Assembly (NCBI GenBank): GCA_944385815.1
Contig: CALWYQ010000156.1
Location: 20,737 to 84,736 of the forward strand
Length of the DNA: 64,000 bases
From: an uncultured Oscillospiraceae bacterium
GTDB taxonomy: Bacteria > Bacillota > Clostridia > Oscillospirales > Oscillospiraceae
Direction: 5' to 3'
Positions 36,569 through 45,082 of this stretch are shown piece after piece. How positions within the stretch are numbered: position 1 is the stretch's first letter; each line of letters begins with the position of its first letter. The notes beneath the pieces were generated by a model. The model searched no databases. It saw nothing but the letters and a program-made list of their open reading frames with translations, and had not been told where the DNA came from. Made by a program: the position numbers and the translations under genes.

Positions 36569-37303
36569 ATGTCTGGACATTCCAAGTGGCATAATATACA
36601 GAAAACCAAGGGCGCCCAGGACGCCAAGAGGGCTTCCGCCTTCACCAAGATCGCGCGCGAAATGATCGTCGCGGTCAAGGAGGGCGGCAGCGGCGATCCC
36701 GCCAACAACTCCCGCCTTGCCGCCGTCATTGCCAAGGCCAAGGCGGCCAACATGCCCAACGATAATATCAAGCGCACGATTGAGCGCGCCCTCGGCGCGG
36801 GCAGCACGGACAACTATGAGTCCGTCACCTATGAGGGCTACGGCCCGAGCGGCGTTGCCATCATTGTCGAGGCCATGACCGACAACCGCAACCGCACCGC
36901 CAGCGACGTGCGCCACGCATTTGACAAGTTCGGCGGCAACATGGGCCAGGCCGGCTGCGTGAGCTGGAGCTTTGACAGGAAGGGCGTTATCGTCGTCAAC
37001 AACGAGGACGAGGAGCTGGATGAGGACAAGGTCATGGAGGACGCCCTCGAGGCCGGCGCGAGCGACATGGAGGCCGACGGCGAGGTCTTTGAGGTCTACA
37101 CCGAGCCCGACGATGTCGCGGCCGTCGCCGAGTACCTGACCGGGCACGGCTACGAGCTGCTCAGCGCCCAGGTCGAGATGGTCCCGCAGACCTACATCAC
37201 CCTCAGCGACGAGGGCGACGTAAAGAACATGCAGCGCATGATAGACATGTTCGAGGACAATGACGACGTCCAGAACGTCTGGCACAACTGGGAAAATAAC
37301 TGA
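36569..37303 (+). CDS. yebC: YebC/PmpR family DNA-binding regulatory protein
   Basis: It has the MSGHSKWHNIQ N-terminus. The upstream 21 codons of the track ORF contain the predicted promoter, so the start is ATG 36569. Confidence 0.9.
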   Translation: MSGHSKWHNIQKTKGAQDAKRASAFTKIAREMIVAVKEGGSGDPANNSRLAAVIAKAKAANMPNDNIKRTIERALGAGSTDNYESVTYEGYGPSGVAIIVEAMTDNRNRTASDVRHAFDKFGGNMGQAGCVSWSFDRKGVIVVNNEDEELDEDKVMEDALEAGASDMEADGEVFEVYTEPDDVAAVAEYLTGHGYELLSAQVEMVPQTYITLSDEGDVKNMQRMIDMFEDNDDVQNVWHNWENN

Positions 37304-37311
37304 GCAACAGC

Positions 37312-37346
37312 AAAAAATCCCGCCGGATACCTCCGGCGGGATTTTT
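37312..37346. terminator. Bidirectional terminator between yebC (+) and the M56 gene (-)
   Basis: AAAAATCCCGCCGGA TACC TCCGGCGGGATTTTT. Confidence 0.8.
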
Positions 37347-37353
37347 GCGCTTA

Positions 37354-40239
37354 TCAGGCATTTTCATTTAAGATTTCCTCCGCCGCTGCCGTGAACATGT
37401 CACGCGCGGAGGCGCCGCCGTAGCGGCTCTCGATGTAATTGAGCTGCCTGTCACTGACAAGGCTCCACTCGCCGCCGGAATTCCGGAAAAGATAGGCAAT
37501 CTCCGGCGGGCCCTCAGGCTCCGGGCCGTAGGCCGTGCCGAGGCTGACGCCCGGGATGAAAAAGCTGTAGGCTTCGCCCTCTCCGCCGGCGTCCGTCGGC
37601 TCCTCGGTGACGGAGTCAAGGCGTACGGAGCAGATTTCGTAATAGCTACCTTCTCCGCTGCCGCCGGCAATCCCGGAGATCCTATAATCGTTGGCTATGC
37701 TCGCGGCGTGTTCGGCCATGACCAGCAGCACCTCCTCGGGGAGCCCGGCGAGCGCCCCGTCCAGCTCCACGTCCTCAACAGTGAAGGGGTCCTGGGCCAC
37801 GCGCCACTGAGCGTACAGGCTAAGGGCGTTCGAGGTGCGGACCCCGGGGTCGAGGAGGCTTATAAAGCTGCTGCCGATATATTCATAGCCGCCGTCCTTC
37901 ACATAAAAGAGCGGGCAGGAGGGGTTCGTGTTGACAAGGCAGCCGTCCTCAAGGGCAAAGCTCCCATACAGCGAGATCCCGTCAAGATCCCCAACTATGC
38001 GGTAATCCGGCCTGTAGTACGTCAGCTTGAAGCCCTCGCGGTTATATTCGCCGCTTTCGGCCTCATACGCCGTGATGCCGTCCACAATAACCCGGTCTAT
38101 TTCGACGTTCTGACGGAAGGCTATATCATCCGCCTCGCCGGCGCACATCGCGCTTATCATGGCCTTTACCTCCTCGGGCGCGCTTTCAGCGGCGCCGGAG
38201 AAGAGCACCTCGGGCTTCACGAAGCTCTGCATCTGTATGACCGTGCCCACGACCGTGTCCAGCTCATAGCTGAGCGATTCGCCGAGGAAGCGTACGGACC
38301 AGGGCACGGAGCTGTCCGCGCGCGTCAGGAGCAGCAGGCCGTATTCCGCCTCGCCATAGCCGGGGTAGCTGCCCCGGAAATACAGCGGGAGATAGTTGTG
38401 CTCATCTATCACAACGCCGCTCAGGCGGGCGTTAAACAGGGCCTGCACGGCATTGATCGAGGAGGCGGCCTGATCGTACCAGACGCGCTCTATCTCCGCG
38501 CCCTCGCCCTCTAAGAACTGCATGGCGGAGCTGAGGGCCGCGCTTATGTCGGCGGTGCCGTAATCTATTATATAGCGCATGGCGTAGAGCTCATTCACGC
38601 GCTCGAAGGCCGTGCTGCCGGGGCTCACGCTGTAGCTTTTGCTGTTTGTCACGTCGATGCCGTCCTCGTCCGTCTCAAAGAAGGTGACAAGGTACCTGGC
38701 GCTGTCGGGCGAGCCGCCGCTGCTGTTCTCGACGAGCTCAAGGAGCTCCGCCGTCTGCTCGGGAGTGAGGGCGCACTGCGACGGCGCGTTGCCGGCGTCC
38801 ACGCGGCTTATCATGGCGTAGACGTCCTGCTCGAGCGGGACGATGCCGGTTTTGTTTATGACGGCGCTTGCCGCGGCGGCGGCGTCGCCGCCATAGCTGG
38901 ACTGAAACTCCAGGGCGTCAATGGAGCCTATAAAGCTGCCGGTCTCATCCGAATACGCTATCAGTATGTCGTCGTAGCCGCCGGTGCTGAGCTCGGAGGA
39001 GAGCACGGAGCCATAGCGGTAGGGCGCCATAAGCAGCGTGACCGAGTGCGTGACGCCCGCGGAGTCCGTCACGAGGACGCCGTCCATGAGGGTGCTGAGC
39101 GCCTCTAACTCCACATGGACCTTTTCGCCAAGGTTTTTGGCGCCTACCTCATCGGTGATGTGCCCTAAGACAAGGCTGAGAAGCCCGGGCTCCACGTCCG
39201 TCTCAAAGCCGATGTCTATCATGATGCCGTCGGGCAGCTCCGTCTCCTGCGGGGCGGGTTCCTCCGCCGGATTGGTGAGGAAGCATACGGCAAGGACGAT
39301 AATGGCGATTACGCAGACGGCGATTATCCAGAAGGCCGGCTTTTTGTAGCTCAAAACGCTCTTCACCCGGTTTTTCACGCTGCCCTCGCCGAAGGCGAGC
39401 GGGCAGGCGGAGACCAGCCTTTTCCCGGAGGCGCAGCGGAGCAGGGCCTCGGAGTAATCGGCGCGGCCGGCCCTGTCGAGGCCGCGGACAACGCGCTCGT
39501 CGCAGGCGGCCTCTATATCGCGGCAGAACAGTATGTAGCCGAGCCAGACGAGGGGATTGAACCAGTGCAGGCAGAGCACGGCGTAGCCGAGCGGCTTTAC
39601 CAGCGTGTCCCTGCGCGCGACGTGCGCCCGCTCATGGGCGAGCACGTGGCCGAGCGCCCCGCCGTCAAGCCCGGAGGGGACATAGATCCGTGGCCTGAGC
39701 ACGCCCAAGACGAAGGGGGAGGAGACGTGCTCGCTCACATATACGCCGGGCGAGAGCTCCACGGCGGTGCTGACGCGGTTTTTGAGCCCCATGTAGCTCA
39801 TAAGCGCCCAGACAAGCAGCGCGGCGAGGCCAATCACGTAAACTATCGCGGCCGCGCTCGCAAGCACGTAGAGCGGGCTCACGCTGTCCCCCGGAGCCGC
39901 GGCCGCCATCTGCTCCACAACGCCGTTTACCGCGCTGTTTACGGCGGGGATGCCGGTGTCTATTACCGGCGCGGCGCTCCCGGCCGGGGCGGCAGTGATA
40001 TTGGCGGAGGGAGCGTAGAGCTGCACGGCCTCGACATTTATCGGCTCCGCGCTCGGCACAAGGCTCAGCGCGCTCTCAATCGAGAAGGGCAGCACAAGGC
40101 GCAGCGCGGCCACACCCCAGAGTATGGGCATGATATACCTCGGCGCGCGGCGCAGCAGCAGCCTGAGCAGAAGCACGGCCAGGATGAGCGGCAGGGCCGA
40201 AAGGCTCAGGTTGAGCAGGTCCAGAAACAGCCCGGTCAT
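37354..40239 (-). CDS. BlaR1/MecR1-type M56 peptidase signal transducer with a large unassigned extracytoplasmic C-terminal domain
   Basis: The N-terminal ~330 aa hold multiple TM helices, the zinc motif HERAHVARRD and HWFNPLVW. After the TM helix FWIIAVCVIAIIVLAVCFL come about 620 aa with no PBP SxxK/KTG motifs. Confidence 0.8.
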   Translation of the reverse strand: MTGLFLDLLNLSLSALPLILAVLLLRLLLRRAPRYIMPILWGVAALRLVLPFSIESALSLVPSAEPINVEAVQLYAPSANITAAPAGSAAPVIDTGIPAVNSAVNGVVEQMAAAAPGDSVSPLYVLASAAAIVYVIGLAALLVWALMSYMGLKNRVSTAVELSPGVYVSEHVSSPFVLGVLRPRIYVPSGLDGGALGHVLAHERAHVARRDTLVKPLGYAVLCLHWFNPLVWLGYILFCRDIEAACDERVVRGLDRAGRADYSEALLRCASGKRLVSACPLAFGEGSVKNRVKSVLSYKKPAFWIIAVCVIAIIVLAVCFLTNPAEEPAPQETELPDGIMIDIGFETDVEPGLLSLVLGHITDEVGAKNLGEKVHVELEALSTLMDGVLVTDSAGVTHSVTLLMAPYRYGSVLSSELSTGGYDDILIAYSDETGSFIGSIDALEFQSSYGGDAAAAASAVINKTGIVPLEQDVYAMISRVDAGNAPSQCALTPEQTAELLELVENSSGGSPDSARYLVTFFETDEDGIDVTNSKSYSVSPGSTAFERVNELYAMRYIIDYGTADISAALSSAMQFLEGEGAEIERVWYDQAASSINAVQALFNARLSGVVIDEHNYLPLYFRGSYPGYGEAEYGLLLLTRADSSVPWSVRFLGESLSYELDTVVGTVIQMQSFVKPEVLFSGAAESAPEEVKAMISAMCAGEADDIAFRQNVEIDRVIVDGITAYEAESGEYNREGFKLTYYRPDYRIVGDLDGISLYGSFALEDGCLVNTNPSCPLFYVKDGGYEYIGSSFISLLDPGVRTSNALSLYAQWRVAQDPFTVEDVELDGALAGLPEEVLLVMAEHAASIANDYRISGIAGGSGEGSYYEICSVRLDSVTEEPTDAGGEGEAYSFFIPGVSLGTAYGPEPEGPPEIAYLFRNSGGEWSLVSDRQLNYIESRYGGASARDMFTAAAEEILNENA

Positions 40240-40240
40240 G

Positions 40241-40606
40241 TTACTTCCCCCTCCTGTATTCGTCTATCATGCGCTGTACCTCGTCCAGCTCCGCGTCGCT
40301 GAGCTTTTTGCTGCGGGCGAAGGCCGAGATAAAGGCGGGCAGGGAGCCGCCAAAGCGGCTTTCAACAAGCTCGTCTATCTCGGCGGACTGCACCTCGTCT
40401 CGGCTGACAAGGCTTGTAACAACGCTGTGCTCATTCCTGAGCACGCCGCGCCAGGCGAGGCGCTTTATGACGGTGTAGGTCGTCGAGCTCTTCCAGCCGA
40501 GCTGCTCGCGGCAGAGCGAGACAAGCTCGCCACTCTTCACCGGCTCATGCTCCCAGAGTATGAGGCAGAAGCGGTATTCGCTTTCAAAAACCTTCGGCGT
40601 GGCCAT
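40241..40606 (-). CDS. BlaI/MecI/CopY family transcriptional repressor
   Basis: It has a winged-helix N-terminal part (ESEYRFCLILWEHEPVKSGELV...STTYTVIKRL). It is 121 aa and its stop lies 1 nt before the M56 gene start. Confidence 0.85.
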   Translation of the reverse strand: MATPKVFESEYRFCLILWEHEPVKSGELVSLCREQLGWKSSTTYTVIKRLAWRGVLRNEHSVVTSLVSRDEVQSAEIDELVESRFGGSLPAFISAFARSKKLSDAELDEVQRMIDEYRRGK

Positions 40607-40619
40607 AACATCCCCCCTC

Positions 40620-40661
40620 TAATGCGTTAGACTATCTCCCTGCCCTTAGTCTAACGCATTA
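40620..40661. promoter_or_regulatory. Perfect 15-bp inverted repeat, candidate BlaI-family operator
   Basis: TAATGCGTTAGACTA (40620-40634), a 12-bp spacer, then TAGTCTAACGCATTA (40647-40661). A further TTAGACTA half-site copy lies at 40659-40666. Confidence 0.6.
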
Positions 40662-40676
40662 GACTACGCTTGTCAA
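40648..40676 (-). promoter_or_regulatory. Promoter of the blaI/blaR1-like operon
   Basis: On the minus strand: TTGACA (plus 40671-40676), a 17-nt spacer, then TAGACT (plus 40648-40653). The -10 lies inside the inverted-repeat operator. Confidence 0.5.
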
Positions 40677-40710
40677 GCAAAAAATAAGGCGTCCGGGGAT
40701 CCCGGACGCC
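40677..40710 (-). terminator. Rho-independent terminator after the PfkB kinase gene
   Basis: GGCGTCCGGG / CCCGGACGCC form a 10-bp stem, followed on the minus strand by TTATTTTTT. Confidence 0.7.
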
Positions 40711-40714
40711 CTGC

Positions 40715-41656
40715 TTAAAGCAGCGCGATAACATCCTCGCGCTCCGGCATGGAGAGGAGCGCGCCCTTTTTGGTGGTGACGAGGTAGGCGGCGGCGTTGG
40801 CGAAGCGGAGCGCTTCGGCTATCTCCTCCCCGCAGAGGCTATCAAGCCCGCGGCGGAGGACAAAATCCAGCATGCAGGCGCAGAAGGTGTCGCCCGCGCC
40901 GGTGGTGTCTACTACGCCGCCGAGGGCGAGGGCAGGACGCTCTATGCGAAGGCCTTCGTAATACGCCCTGCTGCCATAAGCGCCCATGGTGAGGCAGAAG
41001 AGGCGGATGTCCGGGCAGCGGGAGCGCAGCTCCTCAACGCCGCAGCCGAGGAAATCGAGCTCGTTATCCGCTATCTTGAGTATGTCGCAGTGCGCAAGGC
41101 CCCAGTGCATGCGCTCCCGCGCGGCCTCGAGGTCCGGCCAGAGCGGGGGACGGAGGTTCGGGTCAAAGGAGATCAGCGCCCCGGCGCGCCTTGCCTCGAG
41201 GACGGCGGCCTCTGTGGCCTCGCGGGCGGGGGAGCGCGTCATGGAAAGCGTGCCGAAGTGGAAAATGCGGCAGCCGCGCAGTATATCCCGGGGCAGCTCG
41301 CCGGCGCTGAGCATGGTGTCCGCGCCGGGGGAGCGGTAGAAGGCAAAGTCGCGCTCGCCGCTCTCGTCCGTGTGTACAAAGGCGAGGGTGGTGCGGTGCT
41401 CGGGGTCCATCCTCAGCGCGGAGACGTCTATCCCGGCCCCGGCGGCGGCGCTTTTTAGCGTTTCGCCGAAGAAATCGCGCCCAACCTTGCCAATGAAGGC
41501 CGTGCGCCGGCCCAATTTGCCCAGCATGGCCAGCACGTTACAGGGCGCCCCGCCGGGATTCGCCTCAAAAACGGGGTTCCCGCGATCGGACAGGCCGTTT
41601 TCCGTGAAATCTACAAGCAGTTCGCCGAGCGCGGCGGCGTCGTAAAGCTTTTCCAT
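40715..41656 (-). CDS. PfkB-family carbohydrate kinase (fructokinase/ketohexokinase-like)
   Basis: It has GGAPCNVL near the N-terminus and a DTTGAGDTF motif near the C-terminus. Confidence 0.8.
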   Translation of the reverse strand: MEKLYDAAALGELLVDFTENGLSDRGNPVFEANPGGAPCNVLAMLGKLGRRTAFIGKVGRDFFGETLKSAAAGAGIDVSALRMDPEHRTTLAFVHTDESGERDFAFYRSPGADTMLSAGELPRDILRGCRIFHFGTLSMTRSPAREATEAAVLEARRAGALISFDPNLRPPLWPDLEAARERMHWGLAHCDILKIADNELDFLGCGVEELRSRCPDIRLFCLTMGAYGSRAYYEGLRIERPALALGGVVDTTGAGDTFCACMLDFVLRRGLDSLCGEEIAEALRFANAAAYLVTTKKGALLSMPEREDVIALL

Positions 41657-41782
41657 GAGCTACACCTCACAGCTGAGTTTAAGCCATTATATCATAAGCC
41701 CGCGGCGTTTACAAAATAGTTTGGGCCCGCCATAAGACGGGCCCGGTGGAGTGGGTATGGTGGAAAGGGGAAAAGAGAGGCT

Positions 41783-42127
41783 TTAGAAATTGCCGCCGTT
41801 CCAGCCCCAATGTGTGATGGGCTCATAGACGACATAGAGGCGGTCGGGAGGGACGCCGAGGCGCTCGCTCATCGACGCGCAGAGCTCGCGCGTGAGCATG
41901 TCGTACTGCGCGCCCTCCAACTCGCCGAAGGTTTTGAGGACTATCATCGCGGCGGGGGTCTCGCCGTCGCCGGCAAAGCTCATGTCCGCGCCGTCCTCGA
42001 GGTGTACCATGACCCAGCTCTCGCTCTTGCCGGGGATGAGCTCGATTATGCGGGCGAGCTCGTGCCGCAGCGCGGGGCGCTTTTCCACGGGTATGCGGGT
42101 GCTGGTCTGAACTTCAAAGTAGGGCAT
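41783..42127 (-). CDS. MIF/phenylpyruvate-tautomerase-family protein (Pro-1 tautomerase superfamily)
   Basis: It is 114 aa and begins MPYFEVQTS (Pro directly after the initiator Met). The length and pattern are typical of MIF-like tautomerases. Confidence 0.6.
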   Translation of the reverse strand: MPYFEVQTSTRIPVEKRPALRHELARIIELIPGKSESWVMVHLEDGADMSFAGDGETPAAMIVLKTFGELEGAQYDMLTRELCASMSERLGVPPDRLYVVYEPITHWGWNGGNF

Positions 42128-42142
42128 AATTTCTCCTTTCGG

Positions 42143-43399
42143 TTACTTGCGCCTGGAGAGCGGACGGTAGATGAAGGCCAGTATGAGGCCTACAACAGCG
42201 AAGGCCATGGAGACAAGGAAGGCGGGGCGGTAGCTGCCCGTTCCGTTGAACATTGCCTGCATGAGCATGGGGCCGATAATGCCGCCGGCGGAGAAGCCGA
42301 TGAACATTATGCCGTAGTTCAGCGAGCTGTACTTCACGCCGAACTGGTCGCTGGTGAAGCCGGGGTAGACGCCCATGAACGCGCCGTAGCAGAGGCCTAT
42401 CATGCAGATGCCGATGCAGAACATGACGGCGCTTTTGTTGCCGCCGCTGAGATAGAGCAGCGTGAGCGCGGCAATCGCGAGCACAAAGGCGGCGATGAGC
42501 GTGTTGATGCGGCCTATGCGGTCGGATATCCAGCCGCAGATTATGCGCCCGCCGGTATTGAAGAGCGCGAGGGCGCTGACGACAAGGGCGGCGGTGCCGG
42601 TGCTCATGCCTATCATGGTCTGCGCCACGCTCGAGGCCTCGGATATGGTCATAAGGCCGAGAGTGCAGCCGACGGTGAGCATGATGAGCATGACGTAGAA
42701 TACGCCGCTCGAGAGCATCTGCTTTGCGTTCTTATCCTCGACGCGGCTGACCTCGCCTGTGAGCTCGGGAGGAGTCCAGCCCGTGGGCACAAAGTCGTCC
42801 GGGCAGGTGGTTATCAGCAGCGAGCAGAGCACCGCCAGCACGACGATGATCACGCCGAAGATGATAAAGGCGAGACAGACGCCGAAGGCTTCGTTGAACA
42901 CGTTGGCAATGGGCGGGATGATTACGCTGCTTATGCCGAAGGAGGCGGTGGAAATGCCGCCCGCGAGGCCCTTTTTGTCGGGGAAGAACTTTACCGCGGT
43001 GCTGATGGTGCAGACATAGGCGAAGCCGTTGCCGAGGCCGCACATCAGGCTGAAGCCGACGATAAGGATGAACACGTTGGTGGCAAGGCCGCTGACGATA
43101 AAGCCGAGGCCGAATACCAGCGTGCCGATGAGTATGACCTTGCGCGAGCCTATTTTGTTGTCGAACCAGCCGCCGCTTATCGTTGTGATAAAGGCGTCGC
43201 CGTTGGCAACGGAGAAAACTATGGCAAGGTCGGCGGCGGTCATGGCCGTACCGTGCAGGCCGTTGAGGTGCTCGGCCATGGGCCCGGCGAACACGCTCCA
43301 GGCGTAAATTGCGCCTATGCAGAGGTTCGCCACGCAGCAGGCAAAGAGCACAAGCCAGCGCCGCTTTGTAAGCGCGGCGTTACGTTCCTGAATAGTCAT
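42143..43399 (-). CDS. MFS transporter (oxalate/formate antiporter-like subfamily)
   Basis: It has about 12 predicted TM helices and an OFA-like N-terminus (RRWLVLFACCVANLCIGAIYAWSVF). Confidence 0.75.
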   Translation of the reverse strand: MTIQERNAALTKRRWLVLFACCVANLCIGAIYAWSVFAGPMAEHLNGLHGTAMTAADLAIVFSVANGDAFITTISGGWFDNKIGSRKVILIGTLVFGLGFIVSGLATNVFILIVGFSLMCGLGNGFAYVCTISTAVKFFPDKKGLAGGISTASFGISSVIIPPIANVFNEAFGVCLAFIIFGVIIVVLAVLCSLLITTCPDDFVPTGWTPPELTGEVSRVEDKNAKQMLSSGVFYVMLIMLTVGCTLGLMTISEASSVAQTMIGMSTGTAALVVSALALFNTGGRIICGWISDRIGRINTLIAAFVLAIAALTLLYLSGGNKSAVMFCIGICMIGLCYGAFMGVYPGFTSDQFGVKYSSLNYGIMFIGFSAGGIIGPMLMQAMFNGTGSYRPAFLVSMAFAVVGLILAFIYRPLSRRK

Positions 43400-43402
43400 G
43401 GC

Positions 43403-44608
43403 TCATACAACACCCTCTTCCCGAAGCTTTTCGACCTCGTCGTGCCCGAGGCCGAGTATGCCGCACAGCAGGCGCTCGGTGTCCTCGCCGAGGCCGGGCG
43501 CGGCCTTGTCGGCGCGGTCGGCGCAGCCGTGCATCTTGATGGGGGTGCCGGGCATCTCTATCTCGCGGCCGAAGGCGGGGTCATAGACGTCCCAGAGCAT
43601 ATTGCGGCGGCGGATAACGTCGCACTCGCAGGCCTGCTTGATGTTCTGGATGCGGCCGAAGGGCACGCCGGCGCCGCTTATAAGCTCCTCAAGCTCATCG
43701 ACGCTGTGCTGCATCGACCAGTCCTCGATTATGCCCTTGAGGGTGGGGATGTAGTTCTCGACGCGCTTGGAGTTGTTGATAAAGCGCGGGTCCTCTATGA
43801 GCTCCGGCTTGCCCATGGCCCTGCAGAGCGCGGCCCAGAACTTGTTGGTGCCGCAGGCGAGGACAAACTGGCCGTCCCTGGCCTTGAAGGAGTCGAAGGG
43901 CGCTATAACGGGGTCGCTGTTGCCCTCGGGCTTGGAGACTATGCCCTTGATGGTGTACTGCATGACGCCGGTCTCAAGTATCGAGAAAACGGTGTCGACC
44001 ATCGAGACGTCGAGCCTGCGGCCCTCGCCGGTGCGCTCGCGCTGGTAGAGCGCCATGACGACGCCGAGGGAGAGATAGGTGCCGGAATAGTTGTCCGCAA
44101 TGGCGGGGCCAACCTTGACCATCTCGCCGCCGAGCGGGCCGGTCATGCTTATCATGCCGCCGAGCGCCTGGGCGACGACGTCATAGCAGGGCAGCTGCGA
44201 CATGGGGCCCTCGAGGCCGTAGCCGCTTATGGAGGCGTAGATGAGACGGGGGTTGATTTCGCGCAGGCTCTCATAGCCGAGGCCGAGGCGCTCCATCGTG
44301 CCGACGCGGAAGTTCTCGCAGAGGACGTCGGCGGTTTTGACCAGCTCGCGGAAGAGCTCCTTGCCGCGCTCGGTCTTGAGGTTGAGCGTCAGGCCGTACT
44401 TGTTGCGGTTGATGTAGGAGAAGTAGCCGCTGGCCTCGCCCTCCATGGGCTCCCAGCCGCGGCTCTGGTCGCCGACGCCGGGGACCTCTATCTTGATGAC
44501 CTCGGCGCCCTGGTCGGCCAGGTGCATGGTGCAGAAGGGGCCGGAATAGGCCTGGGTGAGGTCAAGTACGCGCACGCCGGTCAGCGGGCGGACAGATGCG
44601 TTGCTCAT
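43403..44608 (-). CDS. Type III (CaiB/BaiF family) CoA-transferase, copy 1
   Basis: It has PLTGVRVLDLTQAYSGPFCTMHLADQGAEVIKIE and the mid-protein GGMISMTGP loop. Confidence 0.85.
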   Translation of the reverse strand: MSNASVRPLTGVRVLDLTQAYSGPFCTMHLADQGAEVIKIEVPGVGDQSRGWEPMEGEASGYFSYINRNKYGLTLNLKTERGKELFRELVKTADVLCENFRVGTMERLGLGYESLREINPRLIYASISGYGLEGPMSQLPCYDVVAQALGGMISMTGPLGGEMVKVGPAIADNYSGTYLSLGVVMALYQRERTGEGRRLDVSMVDTVFSILETGVMQYTIKGIVSKPEGNSDPVIAPFDSFKARDGQFVLACGTNKFWAALCRAMGKPELIEDPRFINNSKRVENYIPTLKGIIEDWSMQHSVDELEELISGAGVPFGRIQNIKQACECDVIRRRNMLWDVYDPAFGREIEMPGTPIKMHGCADRADKAAPGLGEDTERLLCGILGLGHDEVEKLREEGVV

Positions 44609-44618
44609 GGTATCCTCC

Positions 44619-45002
44619 TTAATCCGCGGTGAAGGCGGTCATCGCCGCCTCCAAAAGCGCGTCGCCGGCAATATACTTGGCCTCGACAAGGACGCGCGTG
44701 GGCTTGTACTCACCGAAGAACCCGGCGTAGACCTCGTTGATGGCGTCGAAATCGTCCATGCTCTTGACATACACGTCGACGCGGGCGACGGTGGCCTTGC
44801 TGCCGCCGCACTCCTCTACAACGGCCAGCAGGTTCGTAAGGACCGTCAGCGTGGCCGCCTTTATATCGGTTATCATTTCGCCCGTGACCGCGTCCTCGGG
44901 GATCTGGCCCGAGGTCATTATCATATTCCCGCAGCGTATGCCGTGGACATAGGGGCCGACGGCGGCGGGGACTTTATCGCTGTTGAATCTTTCAAGCTTC
45001 AT
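44619..45002 (-). CDS. ridA: RidA/YjgF family reactive enamine/imine deaminase
   Basis: It is 127 aa, with AAVGPYVHG, SGQIP and ARVDV..VEA patterns. Confidence 0.82.
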   Translation of the reverse strand: MKLERFNSDKVPAAVGPYVHGIRCGNMIMTSGQIPEDAVTGEMITDIKAATLTVLTNLLAVVEECGGSKATVARVDVYVKSMDDFDAINEVYAGFFGEYKPTRVLVEAKYIAGDALLEAAMTAFTAD

Positions 45003-45020
45003 GGTATTCCTCCGTTAATT

Positions 45021-45046
45021 TTGCCGCGGTGCGCTGACACCGCGGC
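45021..45046 (-). other. Intercistronic 10-bp perfect hairpin between the proline-racemase-family gene and ridA
   Basis: TGCCGCGGTG (45021-45030), a 6-nt loop, then CACCGCGGCA (45037-45046). There is no U-tract on the coding (minus) strand. It ends about 8 nt before the ridA RBS. Confidence 0.4.
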
Positions 45047-45082
45047 ATTTCTGCGGTAAGCGCGGCTTTGGGCGCCGCGGTT

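Noticed and set aside
41810-44632. A 940-aa plus-strand ORF spanning the tautomerase, MFS and CoA-transferase genes.
   Set aside because: It is antisense to three well-supported minus-strand genes. The translation is Ala/Gly/Asp/His/Glu/Arg-rich low complexity with no motif. Long stop-free antisense frames are expected at this GC content.
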